Below are positions 55,107 to 64,000 of a stretch of DNA of 64,000 nucleotides, in pieces. The notes below the pieces were generated by a model. The model did not search any database. It was not told where the DNA came from and saw only the letters and a list, made by a program, of their open reading frames with translations. This DNA is from Planctomycetota bacterium. GTDB lineage: Bacteria; Planctomycetota; SZUA-567; H5-PLA8. The first letter of the stretch is position 1, and each line of letters starts with the position of its first letter. The stretch lies in the NCBI GenBank assembly GCA_038227875.1, contig JBBRPR010000012.1, forward strand, positions 125,619-189,618, given 5' to 3'. The translations under genes and the position numbers were made by a program.

Positions 55107-55434
55107 GCCGTTTACCCTCGCGACGACGGATCAGCCATTCACTCCCACACATTACAATTAAGATGGCGGCAACGCCGGTACTTCCATTCACTAAAAGCGC
55201 GATCCACGAAGGTGACTTGCCGAGGCGATAATATCGGCCCGTTAAAGTACATTCCTCCCAAGGTGCGGGCCAGCCGGGTACATTATGTACAATCGTCCAA
55301 TTGGGATCATTGTAATAAAAGTTCCCATCTGTTCCGTAACGATTTTCAAGCATTAAGAGTCCCGCGACAAGCATCAGCAATAATGCGGTACTTAAATGGA
55401 TCTGATAGAACCGCCGCTTTGCCATTTCGCTCAT
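55099..55434 (-). CDS. Small two-TM protein, paralog family copy 2
   Basis: KRRFYQIHLSTA..TM..N, PGWP, TM, EWLIRRR. Confidence 0.8.
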   Translation of the reverse strand: MSEMAKRRFYQIHLSTALLLMLVAGLLMLENRYGTDGNFYYNDPNWTIVHNVPGWPAPWEECTLTGRYYRLGKSPSWIALLVNGSTGVAAILIVMCGSEWLIRRREGKRHD

Positions 55435-55437
55435 AGA

Positions 55438-56007
55438 CTAATCTCGCGCAATCACTCGTCGCCTGTGCTTCTTTGCCGGCGCCGCCCGTTGCCGCGCATT
55501 CTTTCGTGCAGCGGCTTGGGCCGCTGACACCTTCTTATGGCAGACAAAGCAAAGCGTACGGTAGTTTTCCAGACCGCATTGGCCGCCGCCTTTGTGGACG
55601 GCGTGGATGTGGTCGGCTTCCCAGCAGGAGGTGTATTCCAAGCAATCGGCGTACGATCCGTGGCCACGCAGGCACACGTTCGACCAGCCTTCGGATCGAA
55701 GCGTCGTAACGACCAGCGGGTGGATCGTCATCAGCAGGGGATGGAGCACGTCTTCCTTCATACGCGCCAGCGCGTCGTTCATTTGCGCGCCGTCGACGCC
55801 ACATTCGGCGCAGATGCCGCGGTCGCGCTTGAAGAGTTCAGCCCGAACAAACTCGCCGCTGGACATGAGCAGGAAACGTTCGAGGCACGCCGGCGAGCAC
55901 CACTGGCGCGAGTCGTCGGCGCACGGCGCCTTGCAGAGCCGGCACAGATAAGCGCCGTGCTCATCGCGGCGGAACGGAGGCAGGTTCTTCCAGCGGAAGA
56001 CGTTCAT
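55438..56007 (-). CDS. HNH endonuclease with zinc-binding motifs
   Basis: CRLC..WCSPAC, RDRGICAECG, WEADHIHAVHKGGGQCGLENYRTLCFVCH. Confidence 0.9.
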   Translation of the reverse strand: MNVFRWKNLPPFRRDEHGAYLCRLCKAPCADDSRQWCSPACLERFLLMSSGEFVRAELFKRDRGICAECGVDGAQMNDALARMKEDVLHPLLMTIHPLVVTTLRSEGWSNVCLRGHGSYADCLEYTSCWEADHIHAVHKGGGQCGLENYRTLCFVCHKKVSAAQAAARKNARQRAAPAKKHRRRVIARD

Positions 56008-56377
56008 GGGGATAGTCTAATCCGCTTGGGCGGAGTGCAAGTGTTTGACGTTTGTTCCGGCGACAAATTCTCCATTCGCTCAGAATGCCCGCAGTCAGGA
56101 TGGAGCTCAAAGCAATTGAAATATTATATACCATATGAGGCCAGTAAATCCCCACGCTGCCTATTATGAAACAATGGTTTCGCACACTGCTTTCTTGCGC
56201 TTTAATCAATTCGATCGAAGTGGTCCCCGCGCGATAGGGCCAGCCGAAAATAAACTCGTCTGCTCTGAAGACAGGTAATGTATTCAAATATAGAAAACCT
56301 CCGGCGACGAGCATAACGATCACGGCGGTGCTCAAATGTATCTGCCAGAAGCGCCGCTTGTGTTGATCATAAGTCAT
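55961..56377 (-). CDS. Small two-TM protein, paralog family copy 3
   Basis: KRRFWQIHLSTA..TM..N, FGWP, TM, EWRICRR; C-terminal tail runs 47 bp into the HNH gene. Confidence 0.75.
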   Translation of the reverse strand: MTYDQHKRRFWQIHLSTAVIVMLVAGGFLYLNTLPVFRADEFIFGWPYRAGTTSIELIKAQESSVRNHCFIIGSVGIYWPHMVYNISIALSSILTAGILSEWRICRRNKRQTLALRPSGLDYPHERLPLEEPASVPPR

Positions 56378-56514
56378 AAGAGTCGTCCGAAGGTCATCAG
56401 AAATAGAACGCAGCCGAATGGAAATGCTTGCCTTGATTCTCGCTACGTGTTTCGCAACCTGTGCAAATTCCTTGCGCTAGCCTCATCTCGGCGCTAATTC
56501 TAATGCGTATCACG

Positions 56515-58104
56515 ATGAGCCAACCTGATCCCAATCCCGCTTCGACTGAAACTGTAAAGCCTGCGTCGTCCGGCGACGCGCCGACGATCCGGCCGTCTTC
56601 CAGCGGCGAGGCGCCGACGTTGCGCTCCGGACCTGCGGATCCCAACGCGACGGTACTCGGGCCGCCCAGCGGTGGCGGCAGCGGCGATTCCGCGCGCGCT
56701 GCGCCGCTGATTCCCGGCTATGAAATTCTGGGGGAGCTTGGGCGCGGCGGGATGGGCGTCGTCTATAAGGCGCGGCACGTCGGGCTCAACCGCGTTGTTG
56801 CGTTGAAGATGATCCTGAGCGGCGCGCACGCCGGCGCGGAGGAACTGCAGCGCTTCCGCATGGAAGGCGAAGCGGTCGCGCAACTGGCGCATCCGGGCAT
56901 CGTCCAGGTTTTCGAAATCGGCGAGCACGACGGCCGGCCGTTCTTCACGCTGGAATTTGTCGACGGCGGCGCGCTCACGGACCGACTCAAGCAGGGGCCG
57001 CTCAGTGCCGGCGAAGCGGCGCGCACGATGGAGACGCTGGCGCGGACGATGCACGCGGCGCATCTGAAAAAGATCATTCATCGCGATTTGAAACCCGCCA
57101 ACGTGCTGCTCACGCGCGAGGGCGCGCCGAAGATCACCGACTTCGGGCTGGCCAAGCGCCTGGATGCGGCGGAAGGCCTCACCGCCAGCGGCGCGATCAT
57201 GGGCACGCCGGCGTACATGGCGCCAGAGCAAGCGCGCGGACAGATCCGCGAGATCGGCCCGCGCACCGATGTCTATGCGCTCGGCGCGATCCTCTACGAA
57301 CTGCTGACCGGCCGCGCTCCCTTTAAAGGTGCGACATCGATTGAGCTGCTGCAGCAGGTCGCCGACGTGGCGCCGCAGCGGCCGCGCAGTTTCACCAGTA
57401 ACGTCGATCCAGCGCTGGAAGCGATCTGCTTGAAGTGCCTCGAGAAAAATCCCGACGATCGTTATCCCAGCGCCGAGCTGCTGGCGGCCGATCTCGCCGC
57501 GTTTCTGCGCGGCGACCGCGTGCTGGCCGAACAGAACCGCAACCTGCGCGTGCTGCAGTTGCTCACGCGCGACACGCGCCACATGGAAGTGATGGCGCGC
57601 TTCCGTCGCGTCAACATGGCCAATGCCTCGACGATTTTTGTCTTCTCGATCCTGACCGAAATACTGCAGCGCACGGGCATGACCAATACGCTCACGTTTG
57701 CCGCCGTGTGGGGCCTTGGCGCGCTGATTATTCTGTTCAACGTCTGGTGGTTCCGCTACCGCGACCCACTCCCGGCGGCGCTGATTGAGCGCCAGATCTC
57801 GCTGGTCTTTGCGCTGTTTCTGTTCGTGGCAGTGTTGTCGGGTGTGCTGCTCTACCATCAAGGCCTGACACCGCCGCAGATTCTCCCGGTGCTCTTTGTC
57901 GAAGCCGCGTTCGCGGTCGGCGCGATGGCGATCATCATGGGCGGCACGTTTTACATCGCGTCGGTGCTGACGGCGCTGCTGGGCCTGGCGATGGGTTTCG
58001 TGCCGGCGCTCGGAATTGGAGCTTCAGGCGCGCTGCTGGCGTTGATTATTTTTGGTTCGGTATGGAGGTTCAGCCCGGCGGCGGTGGCGGCGGAAAACGG
58101 GTGA
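56515..58104 (+). CDS. Hanks-type Ser/Thr protein kinase with C-terminal TM bundle
   Basis: LGRGGMGVVY, VALK, HRDLKPAN, DFG, GTPAYMAPE, DVYALG; about 6 C-terminal TM segments. Confidence 0.95.
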   Translation: MSQPDPNPASTETVKPASSGDAPTIRPSSSGEAPTLRSGPADPNATVLGPPSGGGSGDSARAAPLIPGYEILGELGRGGMGVVYKARHVGLNRVVALKMILSGAHAGAEELQRFRMEGEAVAQLAHPGIVQVFEIGEHDGRPFFTLEFVDGGALTDRLKQGPLSAGEAARTMETLARTMHAAHLKKIIHRDLKPANVLLTREGAPKITDFGLAKRLDAAEGLTASGAIMGTPAYMAPEQARGQIREIGPRTDVYALGAILYELLTGRAPFKGATSIELLQQVADVAPQRPRSFTSNVDPALEAICLKCLEKNPDDRYPSAELLAADLAAFLRGDRVLAEQNRNLRVLQLLTRDTRHMEVMARFRRVNMANASTIFVFSILTEILQRTGMTNTLTFAAVWGLGALIILFNVWWFRYRDPLPAALIERQISLVFALFLFVAVLSGVLLYHQGLTPPQILPVLFVEAAFAVGAMAIIMGGTFYIASVLTALLGLAMGFVPALGIGASGALLALIIFGSVWRFSPAAVAAENG

Positions 58105-58120
58105 GGGCAGACACTATTAA

Positions 58121-58158
58121 CGAAAACACGCGCGACCTTTCAGTCGCACGTGTTTTCG
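58121..58158. terminator. Bidirectional terminator between convergent genes
   Basis: CGAAAACACG-c-GCGAC-ctttca-GTCGC-a-CGTGTTTTCG. Confidence 0.75.
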
Positions 58159-58185
58159 ATTTGTCAATCCGCTTCGGTAGCGCGC

Positions 58186-59046
58186 TTAACGCGGCACTTC
58201 TGCAAACAAGGCGTGGTCCCGGCTGTGCCACCCGACGTAGGATCCGGTAAACGCGAGTGCCAGGCCCAGGAACGCGGCGGCACTCAAGGTCCAGGCGAGC
58301 GCGGCAGCGGCCCGGCGCTGGCGATCCGCAATGGCCAGATCGACGGCGTGCTGCTCTTCCCAGCGCTTCTGCGCATTCGCTTGTGCGACGGTAATGGTGT
58401 TCTTTTCCTGCTCGAGAAAATCTTCCGTCTGTGGCTTGGTCAACGTGGTATTGGCTTCAATGAAGCGTTTGAGTTCTTTATTGTTGGCTACTTTATTTGG
58501 ATTAGTAGTAACGGCCGGATTTGCGGGCGTGCTGTCGACGCTGACATTGATCGGCTGTTCCGGATTGCCGGGTTTCCAATTGCGCGCGTGATCGATGATG
58601 AAGCTCGAAAACTCCCTGTCGTTCAAACTACTGTAGCCAAACGATAGATTTTTCGCTTCGGTAGAGGCGCGCCCGCTCAGGAAATCAAAATGTCCAATCG
58701 CGAAAGCTACCAGCGTAATGCTCAGGCCCCAGAGCACCGCGCCTTGCATCATGGCCGACTCCTTGCCGAGTTTGGAAATGTGGCCCGAGAACCACGCTCC
58801 GAAAAAGAGTGACGCGAGCGACGAAATGACCAGCCATGAAACGGTAGCCACGCTCAGAACGGGCGCGTTCTCATTCCTGGCCACTTGATAGGGATCCACA
58901 ATGGACAGCCCCAAGGCGGATCCGAACAGCAGAAACAGAATGAAAAATCCCAGTGCAACAGCAGTTCCACCTAGAACTGCCGACCAACTGATTTCCCAAC
59001 GCGATCCGGGAATTAAAACCCGCTGTTCATTCACTATCGGTTCCAT
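58186..59046 (-). CDS. Conserved-type hypothetical membrane protein (3 TM + soluble loop + TM)
   Basis: ISWSAVLGG..LGLS, GAWFSG, QGAVLWGL, terminal AAALAW TM; AGGAG RBS. Confidence 0.8.
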   Translation of the reverse strand: MEPIVNEQRVLIPGSRWEISWSAVLGGTAVALGFFILFLLFGSALGLSIVDPYQVARNENAPVLSVATVSWLVISSLASLFFGAWFSGHISKLGKESAMMQGAVLWGLSITLVAFAIGHFDFLSGRASTEAKNLSFGYSSLNDREFSSFIIDHARNWKPGNPEQPINVSVDSTPANPAVTTNPNKVANNKELKRFIEANTTLTKPQTEDFLEQEKNTITVAQANAQKRWEEQHAVDLAIADRQRRAAAALAWTLSAAAFLGLALAFTGSYVGWHSRDHALFAEVPR

Positions 59047-59384
59047 TTTTACGCTCCTATTGAAATGTTTGATTTAGACCGAAGCTGCTCCGATGGTGAG
59101 CAGATTTTGGTTTGGGCTTTCACGAACGGCTAAAAAATTCGGGAGACAATATATATCAGCACGAGAATGCTCGTAGGAACTCCAAGCATCCATGCAATCA
59201 AGTATCTCATCGAGCCTCCAAGGTAAGAAGTGGTGTCAGCACAAGTACAAGTTGTAGATAAGGCAAAACATGGGCCACAGGCTGCAAAATTCACAACCTA
59301 TGGCCATGCGCAATATATAGAAAAGTTTCAATCGATATTCATTCTGGTACGTACGAGTTTCGATCGGGAGTCGGGGAGGGCGTG

Positions 59385-59680
59385 ACATCGTGTTTGCGGC
59401 GGCGGGAGAGCCATTCAAAGGAGATGCAAACAAAAAGGCAGATGGCTTTCGCGACGGCGCACCCAGATCCATGTCTTCTCGATGCCACAACACTCCGCTG
59501 TCGTATAAACGTAAGCTGGAATCGGCCAGCCATAGACTTGAGTTTTTTCATAGTGTAATTCTGGAACGAAAGATTGCTGCCGATGAGCGCAGCCACTGAC
59601 ATCACCAACTCGATCGCCGTGGATAAATGCCATAAGTTTGAAACACGGCTTTTGATGTTTAAGTTCCCCTCGAAACACCA
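59385..59680 (-). pseudogene. Frameshifted copy 4 of the small two-TM paralog family
   Basis: HLSTAIELVMSVAALIGSN and FEWLSRRRKHD are in one frame, YGWP is in another. Confidence 0.7.
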
Positions 59681-59862
59681 CAAATGGCAAGTGATAAAAT
59701 CACCAGCCTTTTCAGGCACCGCCCTATTCAATCGGGGATCCGTCAACTGTATTTCGGGTAGCGCGGAGAATCTTAGCGCCTAGCATGCGCTCCTACGGCG
59801 AACTCGCGGGAGCCGTGTTGAAATGACTTTGCGTGCCACGAAGTTGCGGACATCATCCAATC

Positions 59863-62229
59863 ATGCGGCGTCAGAAAAAAAATCGTTCAGACCACCAACG
59901 TGGAGGATCGAGTGTACTCCGCCTACGCATAGTCTGCATTGGGGCGGTGCTTGGGCTAGTGGTGCTTGTGCTCGGATCAGCATGGATGGTTTCAAGGCAC
60001 AGTGCATCGCAACAAAACGGGTCTGCCCCAAGGGCGATTTCCGATGTAACCAGCAATTTTGTTGCGTATGCCGGCTCGGTCAGTTGTATGGAATGCCATA
60101 AGGAAGCCTATAGTCAATGGAAGGCTTCCCACCACGCATTGGCGGAACGGTCTCCAGCCGCAGCGTTGGATGAGTCTGCATTCCGACCTTCACGAACCTT
60201 TTTACACGGTTCGCAACACACAACCGTAGACGCGGAGACCGGTCAGTATCAAGTGGTCGCACTTGCGCCGACGATGCATTATGATCCGTTTACTGTAAAA
60301 CGCGTTATTGGACACGAACCACTGCGTCAATTCCTCGTTCAATTTCCAGGCGGGCGCTACCAGACGCTGGAGGCCTCCTATAATCCACGCTCAAACGAAT
60401 GGTTTAACGTTTACGGCAACGAAAATCGTCAACCCGGCGAATGGGGTCATTGGACCGGCCGAGGAATGAACTGGAACGACATGTGCGCCACTTGCCACAA
60501 TACGCGCGTGCATAAGAACTACGTCGAGGCCACGGACAGTTACGACACAACTATGGCGGAGGTGTCAGTTGGCTGCGAAGCGTGCCACGGACCTCTTAAA
60601 GCGCATGACGAATGGCAGAGGCAATTCGGCAAGTCCGGAAAATCTGATCCGAACGTACAACGATTGACTCGTCACCAAACCGTGGAGAATTGTGCATTCT
60701 GTCACGCCCGTCGGAGTGACCTGACCGGCGATTTCAAACCGGGAGATGATTTCTTTGATCATATGCAGCTTTCGATTGTTGACGGAACTGGAATGTTCTA
60801 TCCCGACGGTCAAGTGCATGAGGAGGATTATGAATTCACCGCGTTCCTGGGCAGTCGTATGCATTTCAAAGGCGTCGCATGCAATGATTGCCATAATCCC
60901 CATTCCGGGAAGACTATCCTGCCCGGAAACTGGCTATGTATGCGCTGCCATAGTTCGGAGAAAACTGCCCCGGTCATCGATCCCGTAGCGCACAGTCACC
61001 ATAAAGTATTTGGTTATAACTCTAACGGCGAAGTCACGACCAACGATCTAATGACTTATAAACCCAGTGAACTCAAAGAGACCGGGGGAGAGTGTGTAAA
61101 CTGCCATATGCCACAGACCGTCTATATGCAACACGACCGGCGGCATGACCACGGATTCACCATTCCCGATCCGTTACTTACGAAACAGGACGGTACTCCG
61201 AACGCTTGTAACCGGTGCCATCAAAACAAGGATGCCGACTGGTCATTAGCCTGGACCGAAAAGTGGTATGGCCAGAAAATGGATCGACCCACTCGCCGCC
61301 GTGCCCAAGTGATCGCGGCTGCTCGCCGAGGGGAAGTCGGCGCACGCGTCGGATTGCTCAATATGTTGGCGACAGAGGAGATTTCTTATTGGCGGGCCGC
61401 CGCAGCGGGACTTTTGGGGGCATGGTCTCGCGAACCCGTGGTCCGAGACGCCCTATTGCACGGCTTGGATGATTCGAACGCTCTCATACGAAGAGAATGT
61501 GTGCGCGCGTTGGAGCCACTAGCGAATGACACTCCAAGCGTAGGCAAAGCTATTCGTCAACGGCTTGGAGATCCGGTGCGCAGTGTGCGCATCGCTGCCG
61601 CATGGTCCTTGCGCTCAAACGTAGATCCAACATCGAAGGCAGGCATTGAGTTATTGAGCTCAATCCAGTTCCATGCCGACCAGCCGATCGGCCAAATGCA
61701 ACAAGGCGGTTATTCCCTTTCTCGCAACAACCCACGGGATGCGCTTGCGCATTATCAAAAAGCTGTCGACTGGGATCCCAACTCAGCGCCAATCCGTCAT
61801 GAGCTTGCGGTGGTGCTCTCGGTACTCAATCGCAATGCCGAGGCAGCGGCGGAGCTGGAGACCGCTATTAAGCTTGATCCACGCAATGCGGAATACCCCT
61901 ATAAGCTTGCGTTGGCCTGGAACGAACTTGGTGATACCCAAAAAACGATTGCTGCCCTGGAAACTGCCGTGCGACTGAATCCTGGACATGCAAGAGCATG
62001 GTATAATTTGGGCCTGGCGCTGAATGCAGTTGGTCGGAGCGAGGAAGCCTTGTCCTCGCTGATCCGTGCCGAAGCAGCTGCTCCGTCGGACCCGCGCAAT
62101 TCATACGCACGCGCTACCATTCTGGCGCAATTGGGGCGGATCGATGAGGCACGACAGGCAGCGAAGAGTTCGCTCGAGAAGCAGCCGGAATATGCCCCTG
62201 CCGTCGATTTATTAAAATCATTACCCTGA
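59863..62229 (+). CDS. Octaheme c-type cytochrome with HEAT and TPR repeats
   Basis: N-terminal TM; 8 CxxCH motifs (CMECH, CATCH, CEACH, CAFCH, CNDCH, CMRCH, CVNCH, CNRCH); HEAT repeats then about 5 TPRs. Confidence 0.92.
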   Translation: MRRQKKNRSDHQRGGSSVLRLRIVCIGAVLGLVVLVLGSAWMVSRHSASQQNGSAPRAISDVTSNFVAYAGSVSCMECHKEAYSQWKASHHALAERSPAAALDESAFRPSRTFLHGSQHTTVDAETGQYQVVALAPTMHYDPFTVKRVIGHEPLRQFLVQFPGGRYQTLEASYNPRSNEWFNVYGNENRQPGEWGHWTGRGMNWNDMCATCHNTRVHKNYVEATDSYDTTMAEVSVGCEACHGPLKAHDEWQRQFGKSGKSDPNVQRLTRHQTVENCAFCHARRSDLTGDFKPGDDFFDHMQLSIVDGTGMFYPDGQVHEEDYEFTAFLGSRMHFKGVACNDCHNPHSGKTILPGNWLCMRCHSSEKTAPVIDPVAHSHHKVFGYNSNGEVTTNDLMTYKPSELKETGGECVNCHMPQTVYMQHDRRHDHGFTIPDPLLTKQDGTPNACNRCHQNKDADWSLAWTEKWYGQKMDRPTRRRAQVIAAARRGEVGARVGLLNMLATEEISYWRAAAAGLLGAWSREPVVRDALLHGLDDSNALIRRECVRALEPLANDTPSVGKAIRQRLGDPVRSVRIAAAWSLRSNVDPTSKAGIELLSSIQFHADQPIGQMQQGGYSLSRNNPRDALAHYQKAVDWDPNSAPIRHELAVVLSVLNRNAEAAAELETAIKLDPRNAEYPYKLALAWNELGDTQKTIAALETAVRLNPGHARAWYNLGLALNAVGRSEEALSSLIRAEAAAPSDPRNSYARATILAQLGRIDEARQAAKSSLEKQPEYAPAVDLLKSLP

Positions 62230-62310
62230 CCGTCTGCCTTCGGCTAGGGCAGAAAAGCGGGCGAGTGCCGATGACTATGATTCGCGCGGTAGCGCAATGA
62301 TTCCATACAT

Positions 62311-63906
62311 CTAAATACTTGGAGTTTTACGGCGCATAACGTAATAAATTCCACCAGCGATACAAGCGAGGCCCGTCAGTACGAGCGCAGACGGCTTGGG
62401 AAAAAAGTAATCTGTGATTGAAAAAATCCAGTGAATGATGGTCGCAAGTGTGTTGACGACGGGTATTCCGCCGCTTGCAAAAATGGTAATTCGACCCGTT
62501 GCACCAACTCTCAGGGGCTCATTTTGACGGTCATCCTCCACGCGAATCAATACAATAAAATCACTTTGATCGTCTGGAGTATCTGTTTGGCGGACAAATC
62601 TGGAATCAGGATCTGGCATGTTTCCGTTGGGGACTGACTGTCCATGAACGACACCCCGTCCAATGCTCTGGACTTCGGCTTCTCGAACTTGGCCGGGGTA
62701 ATTTCGCAAGCTATATAATACTCGATCATTAGGCCGAACGAGTTCCAACCAATTCTCCGGAACGGGCGCTTTAAGTCTCCATTGAGAGAAGTCTGTAACT
62801 GCCATAATCGGAGTTCCAGTTCTAACGTAGGAGCCCACGGTAAGATTCATGGAACTGATCATGCCATCACAGGGGGAAAATATGGTCGTATGTGCCAAAT
62901 TGTAGCGTGACAGATTTAACGCCTGTTCAGCCTGGATCACCCCAGCATCGCGTCCATTAAGAAAGGCCGTTGCCTGCTTGTATCTCTCCAGACTTTGAGT
63001 TACCCGATCGATCAGGTATTTTTGATCGGGACGAATTGAATCCTTATTCGCAAGAACACCTTGAACCGCAGCTTCAGGATCGATCTGAACTTCTGCTTTT
63101 CGCCGGGTCGCCTTGGCCTGCGCGACCACCGCTTCGTTGGCATTGACCTGCGCAGAAGCTGCCAGAACTGCAGCACCTGCCGTCAAGACTTGCGCTTCGG
63201 CGGAACTTACGGCCGCTTGGGCTCTAATCTCATCCTGACGGGCTGCATCAAAGTTTCCGCGCGCAACTTCTGCATTTTTGACCGCATCGTCCAAGTTCGC
63301 TCGTGTCTCTGCTCCAGCCTTTACCAATTCCGCATACCGTTGCCGATTGGTATCTGCCAGTGCCAGTTGTGCCTTAGTGTTTGACGTATTCGCCCTTGCC
63401 GCTTCCAAACTTGCTTTTGCACCCGTGACGTTTTGCCCTGCCGATTCCGCATTTGCTTTGGTTCCCGTTAAATTCTCTTTTGACGCAGCAAGGCTCGCCT
63501 CGGCTTGAAGAATTCCTTCTTGAGCGGAGGCGAGCGTGGCTAATTGTCCGGCTGCATTCTGCTCCGCCGCTACGATCTGGGCTTCAGCCTGCGTGCATGC
63601 ATACTGGAAGGTGGATTTATCAATTTCAAAAAGGGGATCTCCCCTTCTTACTCTTAAATTCTCAACGACGAAAACCTTTGTCACTGGTCCGGACACTTCA
63701 GGCGAGATTTGAACCACGTCAGCTTGCGCATATACGTTTTGCGCCATGGGTGTGTAGCGCCCGAATGCAAACCATAGGAAAGTAAATGCAACGATGGGCG
63801 GAATGGCAACCGCAATTTTTGCGAGCAAATTAAATGGCAGGACCTTAAATCTAATGAATACAAGATAGACGGGTATTGCATAGATCAGGAGCAGAAATGC
63901 CAGCAT
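62311..63906 (-). CDS. HlyD-family membrane fusion protein
   Basis: N-terminal TM; ISPEVSGPVTKVFV..GDPLFEID; long Ala-rich hairpin; TTIFSPCDG; extra C-terminal TM. Confidence 0.9.
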   Translation of the reverse strand: MLAFLLLIYAIPVYLVFIRFKVLPFNLLAKIAVAIPPIVAFTFLWFAFGRYTPMAQNVYAQADVVQISPEVSGPVTKVFVVENLRVRRGDPLFEIDKSTFQYACTQAEAQIVAAEQNAAGQLATLASAQEGILQAEASLAASKENLTGTKANAESAGQNVTGAKASLEAARANTSNTKAQLALADTNRQRYAELVKAGAETRANLDDAVKNAEVARGNFDAARQDEIRAQAAVSSAEAQVLTAGAAVLAASAQVNANEAVVAQAKATRRKAEVQIDPEAAVQGVLANKDSIRPDQKYLIDRVTQSLERYKQATAFLNGRDAGVIQAEQALNLSRYNLAHTTIFSPCDGMISSMNLTVGSYVRTGTPIMAVTDFSQWRLKAPVPENWLELVRPNDRVLYSLRNYPGQVREAEVQSIGRGVVHGQSVPNGNMPDPDSRFVRQTDTPDDQSDFIVLIRVEDDRQNEPLRVGATGRITIFASGGIPVVNTLATIIHWIFSITDYFFPKPSALVLTGLACIAGGIYYVMRRKTPSI

Positions 63907-64000
63907 GTAATCACCTGTTTTGACAATTACTTAACTTTAAATCCCGACTCGCGAACTAATGCATTTCCAACCAAGGAAGGATCAGGCCATAGAGTCCGAG

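Noticed and set aside
59236..59390. Possible small ORF MSRPPRLPIETRTYQ following the pseudogene paralog
   Set aside because: Short, Cys-scattered and in a decayed region; cannot be supported without homology search
54662..64000. Prophage or integrative element at tRNA-Leu
   Set aside because: No integrase, phage genes or duplicated tRNA 3' end seen within the window
63910..64000. 3' end of a gene upstream of the HlyD gene
   Set aside because: Two short open frames are possible and too little sequence is available to choose or assign

Overview
High-GC bacterial chromosomal window, most likely Planctomycetota. This assignment is inferred from the DWPQFRGP-type PQQ-like propeller, Ser/Thr kinase, HEAT/NPCBM proteins and pilin family; no rRNA is present. 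About 50 CDSs are supported. They include an ABC-2 exporter, a partial dcw cluster (mraZ, small STAS-like ORF, rsmH, ftsL, ftsI, murE, murF), a type IV pilin, mtnB-mtnD, tldD-tldE-nagA, glycan enzymes and tRNA-Leu(GAG). After the tRNA comes a variable region with a paralogous family of small membrane proteins, an HNH nuclease, a kinase, an octaheme-HEAT-TPR protein and a HlyD protein. The best candidate for an undescribed system is a 13.7-kb, eight-gene minus-strand cluster (23490-37211). It encodes two MacB/LolD-type ATPases, a stand-alone PqqD/RRE-like protein, a 1658-aa FtsX-type permease carrying an apparently inactive M28/PA (nicastrin-like) ectodomain, two OPT-like polytopic membrane proteins, a small FtsX permease and an orphan. 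Inside it lies an unusual ~155-bp chain of back-to-back, mutually different palindromes (24476-24630), several resembling transcription-factor operators. All protein family assignments are by eye from motifs; no database searches were run.
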